DNA of 64,000 bases from Octopus sinensis. Taxonomy: Eukaryota. The stretch lies in NCBI RefSeq assembly GCF_006345805.1, contig NC_043020.1:25172001-25236000 (forward strand). Reading direction: 5' to 3'. A model generated the notes under the pieces. The model made no database searches, was not told the origin of the DNA, and was given only the letters and a program-made list of their open reading frames with translations. This document shows, piece after piece, positions 1 to 13,200 of this stretch. Within the stretch, counting starts at the first letter, position 1. Each line of letters starts with the position of its first letter. The position numbers were made by a program, and so were the translations under genes.

Positions 1-793
1 ACTTTCAAAGCGTCATATTCTCGCTGCAGTTGTTGAGCATAAAGGTCAGCGTTCACAGCATGAATATCTCGGACAAGCTCAAAGGGCAACCTCTCCTCAA
101 AATTCCATAAAAAAAGGACAATATGTTTAACTTGTTTAACAAGTTTATGAAGCCAGTCCTGAATGAAGTCGCTGATTTCTCTAATTAGAATTGCGAAAAC
201 AACATCACTTTTCATCTCATTTATAATTCGACGCCCAAAATGAGCATCTCGAGGATTCCCGGCAGTTGTTTGCAAATGTTCACACTTTGTTGAACCTGGT
301 CTTTGTTGAGTTCATGACGAAATCCTCGACAGCGTCTGTTCACAAGGCCGAGCTTATCGAAGTGTCGATTGGTGGTACTTTATGAAGGCCCAAGTTCTGC
401 CAGCTATGTACAAGTACTTGTGCTTGGTTGTGGTTCAACCATTTCAAGCAAGACCTCTTCCTCCACAACAGAATGTCTCCCTGATTTTGATTTGTCTTCA
501 AACCTGGCGACACCTTCCGTGAAACGTTTGAGCCACACGCTCGTTGGCAGCTACTGCGCCTTCCACATAATTAAATTCTTTTACCTTTGCACTCAGTTGT
601 GTTTTTTTTTCCACAGGTACCGTAAAATAGCTCTAATTGCAATGTTTTCATTACTCGTTATCAAATTTGTGAAAACAGGAATAAAAAAATAATAGTAAGT
701 CAAATGTGGGAATAAAGAATAAACATTTCTCCAACGATTGGACAAATTAAACAAATAAATGAAAATCTGAAAAACATTTGACACAACCTGGTA
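1..793 (-). mobile_element. Degenerate mariner (Tc1/mariner) DNA transposon, running off the left edge of the window
   Basis: Manual minus-strand translation gives VWLKRFTEGVARFEDKSKSGRHSVVEEEVLLEMVE (mariner HTH region), a DEK*(W) catalytic motif after a frameshift, and HAVNADLYAQQLQ. It has stops and frameshifts. A putative TIR end (ccaggttgtgtcaaatg on minus) abuts TA at ~793. Confidence 0.8.
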
Positions 794-794
794 T

Positions 795-915
<121 letters not shown>

Positions 916-1170
916 TAGATATGTATCTATATACGCGTATGTATATAAGTATATTTATGAATCTCCCTTTATCAGTGTGTGTGCGTTTGTTGGGGTTGAT
1001 TTCATTGTTTGAAAGCGTTTGTATATATTTGAAGTGAATCAACATGGTGTACAAATGTGTTTAAGTGATGAATTAAATATACATTGGCCAGCAATAAACC
1101 ATACATCATAGGACATTTAATTTCGTGTCTCTGACATCTGTCATGTTGAAACTGAAGCCAAAAATGGAAA

Positions 1171-1188
1171 AAAATGGCCGCCATATTG
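1171..1188. promoter_or_regulatory. Back-to-back YY1-like motifs (AAAATGGC / GCCGCCATATTG)
   Basis: Motif match only. A GGGGCGTG GC-box-like motif lies at 1297-1304. No linked gene is seen. Confidence 0.2.
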
Positions 1189-1424
1189 AATTGTATCAGT
1201 TAATAATAACATAGTAGAGAGTCCAATGTGTAACTTGCATAAACAATGTTTTAATAAGATCTTCATGATTATTATGTAGCGAGAGCCAAATGATTTGGGG
1301 CGTGTTGTTGGATGGCGGTGGTGCTTCCGATCATGGTGGTGATGATGACAGCTTCGTTGCTACTTTAACTTGTTTGTTTTGTAACTTTATTTGAGTTGAC
1401 TTCAAATCATTTTTTCTCAGTGAG

Positions 1425-1548
<124 letters not shown>

Positions 1549-1577
1549 CGTAGTGGCCGTTGTTGTTGTTGTTGTTG

Positions 1578-1730
1578 CAGCAGCATACTGGCAGAACCGT
1601 TAGCACACCCGACGAAATATTTAACGGTTTTTGTCCGTCTATACTTTCTGAGTTCAAATCGCACTGAGGTTGTCTATGCCTTTTAACCTTTCAGAGTCGA
1701 TAAATTAAGAACCTGTTGAGCATTGGGGTC
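1578..1730 (+). mobile_element. tRNA-derived SINE, family 1 (degenerate)
   Basis: The sequence ggcagaaccgttagc...gagttcaaat...gtcgataaattaag matches the copies at 27920, 33238, 33761, 43516 and 44714. Confidence 0.75.
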
Positions 1731-1803
1731 GCTTACATCATCACATCCTCCACAAACTATGATGGCTTTGTGCCAAAATTTGAAATTATCATTATTATTA
1801 TTG

Positions 1804-3813
1804 ATTTTGGCCAAGGTGCTAGCCAAGAGATTGGCGCTTGTCGTGGACAAGCTGGTTGGCAAGACGCAGACATGCGCCGTGCCGACCAGGTCGATACACG
1901 ACAATCTCCATCTCATGCGCTACATCATAGAGAGGGTGGGTAACGACGCTGGCGCGGGTGGGGCTTTGATCAATTTAGATCGGAGTAAAGCCTTCGATAG
2001 GGTCGACCATCGGTACCTGGCAGCTGTTCTCAAGGCAGCTGGCTTCGGTCCAGTCTTCCGCGGGTGGATCGCTGCTTTATACAGCAACATCTGCTCGGTA
2101 ATACGGGTCACCTTTCAGAGCCGTTTGACATCTCGCGTTCGATCCGCCAAGGATGCCCTCTCTCCTCCCTCTTGTACGTATTGACTCTCGAGCGCAAGTT
2201 GGAGACTTTGAGGGGCATCCCGCGCGATCTAGGAGGTGGAAACAGCTTGTCTGCCTATGCCGACGACGTTACCGTAATGGTGTCGAGCCACAGGCACATT
2301 GACCTGATTGGCGAGACGCTAAACGAATACGAAGCGGTGACAGGAGCAAAAATTAACGCGGAAAAGTCCGTGGGCTTGCAACTGGGCACCTGGAGAGGCA
2401 AGTCCATGCCGTCCAACAGCGTCGTAGGACACTGGACAGACGGACCCGTTAAACTGCTCGGGGTCTGGTTCGGTCCAGACCTCCAGGTGGATAAAAACTG
2501 GGAAGAAGTGACGAGCAGGGTGGCCAAGCTCACCCAGAAATGGGCCGAGAGGAAGCTGTCCCTGAAAGGTCGGGCAGAGGTGGCGAATGCGTACATCGCA
2601 TCCGTCATCTATTACCGCTTGACCGTCGTCCCTTGTCCCGACCGCTGGTTGGCCAAGCTGGTACGCCTGCCCTTCGACTTTTTGTGGAAGGGTCAGGTGC
2701 CACTGGTCAGGCGATCCATCTGCTGTGAACGACTGCTGAACGGAGGCCTTGGCATGCCGTGTTTACTGATGCGCAGACATGCGCTCAGGCTGAGACATCT
2801 CAAGTGTTTCCTAGACGGTGAACAGGTGTGGTCGTCTTTTGTCAGACGCGAATTTCCGCAGCTCGTCTCTTTGACAGAGCTGCAGACCTGGATCAAACGT
2901 AGACCGAGAAAGGGCGCTTGGCACCTCGAGTGCCGTCAAGCTCTCTCCGCCATCCACCAGGCGGGCAATGCAATCGGTTTTAGTTCCACTCTAGCGTTCT
3001 ATAGAGGGTTAGTGGGGGAAAAATGCGACGACGTTCTCGGGGAAACTCTAGGCGTTGATGATAACGAACTGAGCAGTCTATTTGGAAGAACTTTCGGGCC
3101 GGGGCCAATGGATAGTTTCCAGAGGTCGCTCGCCTGGCAGTACTACCGAGGAGCGCTGCCTGTTCGAGATAAACTCTACCGGCACGGAAGTGCCGTAAGC
3201 CGGGCCTGCTCAAAGTGTTGCCAGGACGACGAAACCGTTCTGCACGCACTCGTCCAGTGCCCGAGTATTGCTGAACTATGGCTTTATGTCGAACAGCTAC
3301 TGTCACGTATAGGACGGATCCGGCTATCAGCTGAATCCATACTGAAGATTGCCCCGCCGACCTCCTTTAACAAGGAGGGCAAGGCCGTTTTCCTATGCCT
3401 AGTGACTGTGGCGAAAGAGGTTGTATGGTGGACCCGTTTGAAAGGGCTAAAGTCAGACACTTTCCTCTTTGGTCAAGGCCTCATCAACTTTTTCAAGTTT
3501 TACTTGAAAAGGAAGATGAAGTTAGAGAGGAGAAGTTAAAGAGGACAGGAGAATAAAAGGAGAAAGGGGCTCTCTACCCCCCTTTTGACCAGGCTCCCGT
3601 GGCTTTCATGGTTTTTTCCACGTGAGACCTTTTTTTTCGAAGCGTCTCCTCTATTGGGAATTTTTCGTTGTTAAAATTTTTGATTGTTAAACTGCTTTTT
3701 ACTCGGTTTTTTTTCCACAAACAGACAAAACCTTTTGTAACCTTTCGTCCTGTTTTGTCCCTTTATGTTTTCCGATCATATTTGTCAGCCCTTGTGGCTA
3801 ATAAAATGAATGA
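1804..3813 (+). mobile_element. Tx1/L1-type LINE copy A, 5'-truncated (ORF2 RT to C-terminal zinc finger, plus 3' UTR)
   Basis: ORFs 1723-2184 and 2064-3539 give LAKVLAKRL, QTCAVPTRSIHDNL, LDRSKAFDRVDH, RQGCPLS, AYADDVT and CSKC..ETVLHALVQC. AATAAA at 3800 is followed by (TAT)n, and a short (ATT)n lies at the 5' junction. Confidence 0.92.
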
Positions 3814-3832
3814 ATTATTATTATTATTATTA

Positions 3833-3880
<48 letters not shown>

Positions 3881-3896
3881 CATTATTATTATTATT

Positions 3897-4160
3897 GAGT
3901 GAGAGTGCAGCGCATGTCATCAAAGTGACACTGGAGTAAAATATGCGAAGCCCAATTTACCCATCATGACTGCCCGTCTGATAAGGGAATACAAGGCACA
4001 TGCATCACAAATATAAGTGTGCGACATAGTGACCCCATATCAAGATAAACAAGTCGTGGCCTTGCAGGTGGGGCTCATTTACAATTTTCTTCAGGTTGAT
4101 TAGCCCATCCCGCTCAAAAGGTACCTGAATAAGGTTTGTTTAAGGATGATGAACAAAACT
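3897..4160 (-). mobile_element. Truncated copy of the ~560-bp (AAT)n-tailed non-coding retroposon
   Basis: Aligns by eye with 43770-44040 and 34647-34740. Confidence 0.75.
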
Positions 4161-4362
4161 CCTATGCTCACAAAGGTGGTGGTTTGTAATTATAATTTGA
4201 CTTTTGTTTTATTTCATTTTTTTTCTTATTTCGTTTTGGTTTTGGTTCCGTTGATCTATTTGTTGCTGTTGTTGATTTTTCAGACGCTCTTCATGCTATA
4301 TATATAGCTGCTGCTGCTTTTGTTGTTGTTGTTGCTGCTGCTGTAGTTGCTACCCTCCCTCG

Positions 4363-4364
4363 AC

Positions 4365-4450
<86 letters not shown>
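4363..4450 (+). repeat. (GATA)n microsatellite
   Basis: Seen directly. Confidence 0.95.
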
Positions 4451-4614
4451 CTGATCAAGAGATCGCTAAATTTAGAGAAATATATAAACGTACACGCTCA
4501 AACACGCACGCACACACACACACACACACATATATATCTGCATACATACATATACATACGTAGAGAGAGAAAGACAGAGACAAAAAAATATATATATATA
4601 TATATATAATATAT

Positions 4615-4647
<33 letters not shown>

Positions 4648-5062
4648 TAACAACAAAATAAGAATTATTAAAATTATAAACACACAAAAGTGACCCAAAA
4701 TCGATATTATTGTAAGAGACATGTTGCTCATTCCATCCGTTCGTCCATCCCACGCTCAGATCGAGGCAAGACGGATTCTCGAATAATAAAACCAAAACTG
4801 TTGGCCTGTTTTCTTTTTTTTTTTTTTTTTTCATGACTAAATTCTGCAGTGAAAATAAAAATCTGTGTCTGCCAAAGAGGCTTCTGCCGTGGCTGAGGCT
4901 CTCAGAAATTCTGCTGCTTTTTGAAGGCAGACGATTTACCAAAGTAATTTATTGCAAATCCGTAAGTTATTGGTTCGAGATGAAGGCAAGCAGGTTTTCC
5001 GTTCACGACCCGATCTTGAGGTTGTATGTTTGATTCCTTGCCCAGGCGGTACATCATGAGTG

Positions 5063-5113
5063 CATGAGGTACATAATAAGGTACATGAGGTACATAATAA
5101 GGTACATGAGGTA
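5063..5113 (+). repeat. 21-bp tandem repeat (catgaggtacataataaggta) x2.4
   Basis: Seen directly. Confidence 0.85.
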
Positions 5114-5422
5114 TTTCATAAACTACATCTGGCGGTACATTGTCCCCTTGAGAATGACATTTCATCTCACACTTTTTCAGCCTTTTCAGTTAAAACAGAG
5201 TACCAGGAATGTACTCTACAACTCTCCCAACACCCACCCACCCACTTTCCACATCCCGGCTGTGGCACTGACTCAAAGAGGGATGCAAGAGTTGAGATGT
5301 TGTCAATATCTGCCTGCTACTTCGTAGGAACCTAAAACAATTTACAAAATCAAATTACCAAGCTATACCCCACCCCCACCACCACTACCACGTGAAGGCT
5401 GGCCGAAACATACATGTTTACA

Positions 5423-5472
<50 letters not shown>

Positions 5473-6045
5473 AGCATCCGTCGGTCTCAAGAGTTCATGG
5501 ATCTGCGTCTGAATAAATTGTATCAGCTGCTGATGGTGGTGCAGCATGTGTTGTGGCTGCACAGGCCCGCATGGGAGTGGCAGTCTCGCATAGAACGACT
5601 GTATTGGAAGGAGCCCTCTGCCTGCGATTACTGGTCTTTTCTTCCGTCGAGTGCGCTTTTCTTCGGTGGCGAGTTCCTGTTTTTCTTCCCCTCGTTTCAT
5701 CAACTTTCCCAGTATTTGTTTCCAGTGTGGGCGCTCATTTGCGACCGCTTCCCATCCCAGGACGATTTCACATCTCTCCTGCAGACGTCCTTGAAACGAA
5801 GATGAAGTCGTCCTCGTGCGCTTGTGCGGGTGGCTAATTCCCCATACAGAACTTTGGCGATCCTCCCATCCGGCGTGCGATCTACATGATCGGGCCAGCA
5901 CAGACGTCGATATATATTGAATATCTAACCAAGAAGACGATGGAATACACGACAAACATGAATATATAAAACCTTCTCTCGTTCTAGATCTGTCCATGAC
6001 ATTGCTACTGAACATCCTGATGACTTTTGAGATGCAGCTTAGCAG
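5423..6045 (-). mobile_element. RTE-clade LINE 3' end with (TAC)n tail
   Basis: Minus-strand frames give RRLCWPDHVDRTPDGRIAKVLYGELA..RGRLHLRFKDVCRRD and WEAVANERPHWKQ. The 3' terminus is gagaccgacggatgct followed by (tac)n. Confidence 0.85.
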
Positions 6046-6536
6046 ATTAAAGTCTTAGCTCTCCAGAGATCTCTGCACCACTTTGGTATTACAATATTAT
6101 TAACGTATTTTGTCGTCGAGGTGACTTGTCTTATTCACTTAGTCTGAAATTAAATTCTCTAAAAGTTGCAATCACCAGCACAGAGCATGGAGCATGATCT
6201 AAAAGACACGGCGTTTCTAAGGTTTCACAGACCTCAAAACGTTGGTTGTTTGTCTTCACAGAGAATTAAGTTACACTCGAATGAACTAGTAACTCATCTG
6301 GAATTCCTAATAAGTTCCGTAAAGAATCGAAAGAAATACTGTAAAGTATTTATTCGATGTTCTCAAGAATTTATCAAACTCACCGTCTTTCCATATCTAC
6401 AGGGTGTAGCAAAACAAAAACCCATCCAGGTTAATCAATTCTGACAGTGAACGCATAGTGTGCACCGGTTCAAGCTACGATGAGAACTGGGAGAAAATGG
6501 TAAAATACTAGCTGCACGAGGGAAGCGTCATTACCT

Positions 6537-6939
6537 GGCGTAGCTGTGTGGTAGGAAGTTTGTTTCTCAACCACATGGTTCCGAGTTCAATCTCACTGCG
6601 AGCCACCTTGGGCATGTGTCTTTAACTATAGCCGCGGGCTACCCAAAGCCTTGTGAGAAGATATGGTAAACAGAAACTGAAAGAAGCCCGTTGCATATGT
6701 GTGTGTGCATGCGTGCGTGCGTGTGTGTGTGTGTGTCATTATTTGTCCCCCACCAACGCTTGACAATTGGTGTTGGTTCGTTTACGTCCTCGTCTCTTAG
6801 CAAGTCAGAATAAGCAGCAGGTTTTTAAAAAGCACTAAATACTGGGAAGGATTGATTTGACTAAAAGTTTCTTCAAGACGATGCTCCAGCATAGCCGCAG
6901 TCTAATGGCTTAAGCTAGTAAAACATATTAGATAAAAGA
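6537..6939 (+). mobile_element. tRNA-derived SINE, family 2
   Basis: A-box-like tagctgtgtggt, B-box-like gagttcaatc, internal (TG)n, tail tgctccagcatagccgcagtc. Confidence 0.85.
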
Positions 6940-7370
6940 CAACTTCACTACGTGAAGTTTATTTTGCTTGTCGTGTCCTCATGGCTTTGTATATCTAGGA
7001 GTATATTATTCCATGTGACACTTTGACCATTCTCATTTAAAGACAGTAGACTGTGGTTTGAGTAGAATTTGGCTGCTACTTCTGATTGGTCAAATATTGT
7101 TGTGGTCCTGCTGAAGGCCCAGAGCGCACTTGGGGGAACTATAAACTGAAAGGGTTTTCACTTTGTAACCCTTATTCAACCATAGTTGTTGCCCCTTTAA
7201 ATACTACGCTCCTCAAAGAAGAAAACAACAGAAATGAAAGATTCGAGCAGCTCTAAGGATTCTTCTCAACAAAGCTACCTTGTTGTTGACAAATAATTAT
7301 ATGGTGGGTAGAGGTTTATTTTAGCAATATTAATATATGAACAATATCAGTCCCGCTCTCGCTCTCCCCC

Positions 7371-7444
<74 letters not shown>

Positions 7445-7481
7445 TTTATCTATCTATCGTTCTATCTATCAATCCCTCTAT

Positions 7482-7522
<41 letters not shown>

Positions 7523-7525
<3 letters not shown>

Positions 7526-7911
7526 TCTTACTCTTTTATTCTTTTACTTGTTTGTCATTTGACTGTGGCCATCCTGGAGCACCACCTTTAGTCGAGCAAA
7601 TCGACCCCAGGACTTATTCTTTTGTAAGCCTAGTACTTATTCTATCAGTCTCTTTTGCCTAACCGCTAAGTTACGGGGACGTAAACACACCAGCATCGGT
7701 TGTCAAGTGATATTGGGGGAGAAAAACACAGACACACAAACTCATACACACACATACATATATATACATATATACGACAGGTTTCTTTCGGTTTCCGTTT
7801 ACCAAATCCACTCACAAGGCTTTGATCGACCCGAGGCTATAGCAGAAGACACTTGCCAAAGGTGCCGCGCAGTGGGACTGAACCCTGAACCATGTGGTTC
7901 GTAAGCAAGCT
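7523..7911 (-). mobile_element. tRNA-derived SINE, family 2 (inverted relative to the copy at 6537)
   Basis: The reverse complement aligns with 6537-6939 and ends in short (TAAAAGA)-like tail repeats. Confidence 0.88.
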
Positions 7912-7993
7912 AATTATATATATATATATAAGTATATAAGCATATATATGCATATATATGTATATGTATGTATATATGTATTATGTGTGCGTG

Positions 7994-8110
<117 letters not shown>

Positions 8111-8289
8111 CATAATAAATATACACATAATATATATGTATGCATAATAAATATAGTTATCTCTATATTTATCTATATATGTGCATATACGCCATGCCAT
8201 GCATTCTCACTCACAGTAGAATCGTAGAAGCGCCTTTGTGATATATGGCGTGTTTTGACCAATTTCGGATATGGTGGGGTCCAAGAAAC

Positions 8290-8340
<51 letters not shown>

Positions 8341-8840
8341 AAATGAATAGATAGATAGTTACCCTCAGGCATGCATATATATGTATGTGTGTGCTTGTGT
8401 TTGTGTGTGTCCCTCCATATGCATATATGTACATATGTATGTACATGTATGTACGTATGCGTGTATGTACATATATGTATGTATGTGTATATATATGAGA
8501 CATTGGTTAATCTTTAACCCCCTAACACTAATTAGTAATCTCTCACTTGACATTTCAAATCCTCTGTCGTTACGTGAAGAACTCGACACGAAATGGAAAG
8601 TGTCGATGCCTTGTAAGGATTCTTTAGATTCGACGAATTTAATTCCATGGAAGTAATTATAATACAACCTGCTGCTAGTTGGAGCACACTTCCTGACATT
8701 TAAGTCATTCATGTATTCGTATACATACATAGAAACACACACACACACACACATATATATGTATATATATATATATATATATATGTGTGTAATTTATAAA
8801 ATATATATGTATACGTATGAATATATATATATGCATTAAC

Positions 8841-8886
<46 letters not shown>

Positions 8887-8958
8887 TATACACACACATA
8901 CATATTGCAACATATCCATACCTACAAAATTACATAAATTCACATTTATGTAATTATA

Positions 8959-9115
8959 ATAATTGTTACACTTGGCTATGTGAGAAAATGTCTAAATGAC
9001 AATCAGGATAAGCTAGAATTTTTAGAAAAGAAATCTACCAACTTGCACATTAAAATTACTGTCTGTAAGTGGAACAGTAAAAACATGCAAGACTTTTCTC
9101 AAGTTTAAAATGTGA
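8959..9115 (+). mobile_element. 3' fragment of a REL-type non-LTR retrotransposon
   Basis: IIVTLGYVRKCL...SGTVKTCKTFLKFKM* (with a frameshift) is similar to the fragment at 62050-62316. Confidence 0.55.
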
Positions 9116-9879
9116 ATTTGTCATTGTTGTCCAACAATGGAGCTTTGTATCTTTGTTAGAAACAAGCTCCTTCTTCGGGGGAAGAATTTAGATAATTGAA
9201 GACAGAAGATTACACGTGTGTATTTGCGGCTCTATCCGTTACCTTCCTTTTTCTCTCTCGTCTTCTACATCTATTTCTAACATTCCCACTTACTCGTCTT
9301 TCTTTCCCTCGTCCTCTCATTTGTAATTCTAAACTTTCTCCCTTCCTCCTTCCCTGTTCTCTTTGCCGTTCCCTCTCCTTCTCTCGCTCTCTCTCTCTCT
9401 TATCCTCCTTCCCCTCTACCTATCGTTCACACGTAACCCGTAACCAATTTTCCCATTTCTCTACCTTTTTCGCACCGGACGCTTAGCTAGCCGGTCGGAT
9501 CCTTACAAAGTATCTCCTCTCTCGCTATTCGTTATTCTAATTCCATTTAGGATTTCTTCCAAGCGTTACCCATCGTTTGCCACCTTTTTCGCGTTCACCT
9601 ATTTATTCTGATTTTCTCAATCGTCTTAAATTACGTTTGTTTACTTTCCTATGTTCACTCTTTATCGTTTTATTCGCTCGAAGCCCTGATTCTCCGCACA
9701 TTTTGCGGGTGCCTACGAAATGCGATGTCCTCAGTATTATCATTAAAGGCATTAAACCCAATATTACCATTCGGTTGACAACTGATGAAGAATTAGGGCC
9801 TTCAGTGCCTGTTCTACGCATACGCTTTTTAGCTATCGTGTTTATTTAATGCATTTTTCATTTATATATATATATATAT

Positions 9880-9910
<31 letters not shown>

Positions 9911-10274
9911 TGTTTCTTTATTAGCCACCCAGGGTTGCACACAGACAGGACAAATTACAAGGTAGAGCTTTTCTTTTGGGGGTAAAAAAGGGGGTTTGGT
10001 TTTCGATCAAAAGGGATCGTAAAAGGAAAGAAAGAGGACAAAAAAAGGGGGGCATAAAATTTGTAAAAAGGGGGTGGAGAAAGGGAAAGGAAAAAAAATT
10101 ATCAATAGGGATCGTTATCACAGAAATGTCGATATAAAGTGTAAAGAGGAGGACAGGGGAGGTTTACCCGTAGAAAGAAAAGCCTACGGAAAAGACCACG
10201 GTAACCTCGGTCAATGAAGTCACATGTTATATTTTTTTTACAAATAAGCAACTTTCTGTCTTAATTTTTACGGT

Positions 10275-13200
10275 TCATAGGATCATAGTCAAGGTGGCTT
10301 CGTCATTCATACGTGCCATCCTTGCTACATTCACCCATCTTTTTTAAAACATTCACTAGACAACACTTGCCTCTCTACTCTCACTTTCCTCTTCAAGTGA
10401 TACTTGAAGAAGTTGATGAGAGATTGACCAGAAAGGAAAGTGTTTGTCTCTAATCCTTTCAGGCGCGTCCACCCGATACATTCTTTTACCATAGCCACAA
10501 GGATGATAAAAATAGCTCTTCCTTCCCGTTTGAAGGAAGGAGGCGTGACGATATTAACGATAGACTCGGCTGATAAACCGACACGTCCCACACGTGACAG
10601 CAGTCGTTCGACATAAGCCCACAGGTCTGAGATTGTTGGACACTGCATGATTGCGTGCAGAACGGTTTCGTCGCTCTTCCCGCATCTCGGGCAGGTCGCC
10701 CCCGTGTTTCTCGAGCCATGCCTATAGAGCTTATCCCGAACGGGTAGCGCTTCTCGGTAGCACCGCCAGGCCAGGGATCTCTGGAAGTTGTCCATAGGTC
10801 CCGACCCGAAAGTCGTTTCAAACAGGCGGGTCAGATATTCCTCGTCGACGCCCAGGTTTGCCCCAAGATCGTCGTCGTACCTCCCCTCCACTAATCCCCT
10901 ATAGAATGCTTTGGTTGTGTTGAAGTCACTCAAGGTCGACCCGGGACGGCAGAGTTGCTTGAGAGCAAAACGACACTCGCGGTGCCATTCGCCCTTCCTC
11001 GGCCTCTTTTTGATCCACGACTGCAGTTCGGTCATGGAGACGAGCAGCGGGAAAGCGTGCCTCACAAACGGCGACCACACCTGTTCACCGTCGTCTACAT
11101 AGAGCCGGAGATGTCGCAGTCCCAGCGCGTGTCTGCGCATCATCAACCACGGCATGACCAGCCCTCCTTTTAGCGGGTGTTGACAGAAAATGGATCGCCT
11201 GACCATCGGGACGCATCCTTTCCACAAGAAGCGGAAGAGAATGCGTTGTAGTTTGGTGATGGTAGGGTCGGGACAAGGTACGACGGTCAGGCGGTAGTAG
11301 ATGATGGACGTGATGTACGTGTTCGACACCTCCGCCCGACCTTTTAGGGACAGTTTCCTCTCGGCCCATTGCTGGGCGAGAGCGACCACCCTACACGTTA
11401 TCTCGTTCCAGTTCTTCTCCACTTGGAGGTCCGGACCGAACCAGACCCCGAGCGTCTGTCCAGCGCCCCACGACGGAGGTACTGGTGGACGGTATGCGCT
11501 TGCTTCTCCAGGTGCCGAGCCGCAAGCCCACTGACTTTTCCGTGTTGATTTTTGCTCCTGTCACCGCTTCGTAGTTTTTCAGTGTCTCGCCGACCCGCTC
11601 GATGTGCTCGTGGCTTGACACTATGACGGTGACGTCGTCCGCGTATGCAGACACGCTCGTCCTGCATCCCAATTCTCGCGGGATGCCCCTCAGAGTTGCC
11701 AGCTTCCGCAATAATGGCTCGAGAGTCAATCAATACGTATAGAAGCGACGAGAGAGGGCATCCCTGACAGACCGAACGTGCGATGTCGAAAGGTCTCGGT
11801 AGATGTCCATTTATGCGAATTACCGAACGGATGCCTCTGTACAAGGCAGCTATCCAGCCGCGGAAGACGGGACCGAAACCAGCCGCTCTCAGGACTGCCT
11901 CCAAGTATCGATGGTCTACCCTATCGAAGGCTTTCGATTGATCCAAGTTGATCAGGGCCCCACCCATGCGAGGTTCCTTAACTACTCTGTCTATGATGTA
12001 GCGCATCAGATGGAGGTTGTCATGGATGGTCCGGCCCGGCACGGCGCACGTTTGTGCGTTGTCGACCAGTTTCTCGATGACAAGCGCCAACCTCTTGGCT
12101 AACACCTTTGTCAAACTTTTCAGGTCTGCATTGAGCAGAGTGATTGGTCTAAAGTTATCTATAATGTTCCCCTTGTTTGGATCTTTCTTCAGGAGTGTTA
12201 CGGCTCCTCGACTCACAAAACCGTGTATGCTCCCGTTTTGCTGCAAGTTACAGTACACCGCTGCCAAGACGTCTCCAAACAAGTCTGGCATACAATTGTA
12301 AAACTCGTAGGGTAGACCATCCAAACCCAGCGAAATGTCTCTCGGAGATTCTGCCATCGCGTCCCGCACATCTGCCTCTTTTGCTGAGAGTCGTGGTAGG
12401 CTGTGCAATTAGGCACTGAAGTCCACCCTGCGTTCACGCTCGCCACCCGTCCCGTACAGTCGGGCAAAGTGCCGCTGAAATATCTCGCACATCTTGCTGG
12501 GCTCGAGCAATTCGCGCCCTTGTACATCTACCAGAGACCGAATGGTGGCTTTGTTGCCCTGCTGCGCCTCTGAAACCCGGGCCTCCCTCGCGGCTCCAAC
12601 ACCTTCCATCCTTAGAGCACGCATCCTAGCCCTGACAGCACACCCTTCGTGTTTGGCGTTGAAGTGTTGGTCAAGGGCCAACCTCGCCGCTAAAACGTCG
12701 GATGTGATGCCGCTTCTTATTGCCTCTTCTATCTTCTTAACTAACTCACCCTCTACTCTATTTCTATCTACGGCTTGTGCCTTGCTATATCTAATTGCTT
12801 CGCTTTTACTGCTCTCTTGAGGGCGAACCACCATTTCTTGTTGACAATGGCTCCCCTTAATGATGCGTTCAGTTTCCAGTAACCAAGACCCTGTCTATGT
12901 GCCTTATCTAAGTCTAGCGTACACGTCACGAATTTGTGATCCGTGTAGCTGACTGTGTGGAATTTTGGACATCCTAAGTTATCCCTGTCTACTGTCCTAC
13001 ACAGTATCCTATCTAGATACGATCTCGACAACCCCCTGCGGTTGCTCCATGTCCACGTTGGTGCATTTGGGTAGTCGAGTCGGTACCTGTCAGACAGTTG
13101 GAATCGTCTGAGCAGGTCTCTGAGGCATTTGCATCCCCTTCTGTTTTTGTCTCTCCCCACATAGTCTAAATGCGTGTCCAAGGTAGCATTCCAATCCCCC

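Noticed and set aside
6384-6396. Possible 13-nt minus-strand micro-exon (tgtag|...|gtgagt)
   Set aside because: It has good splice-like motifs only. There is no recognisable peptide or partner exon, and such matches are expected by chance in 64 kb.
9683-9799. GAAA..GTC..CTGATGA with 11-bp complementary flanks (possible type II hammerhead); a similar order occurs on the minus strand near 50850-50890
   Set aside because: A 23-nt insert separates stem II from GAAA and stem I does not pair, so it does not fit a hammerhead fold as written.
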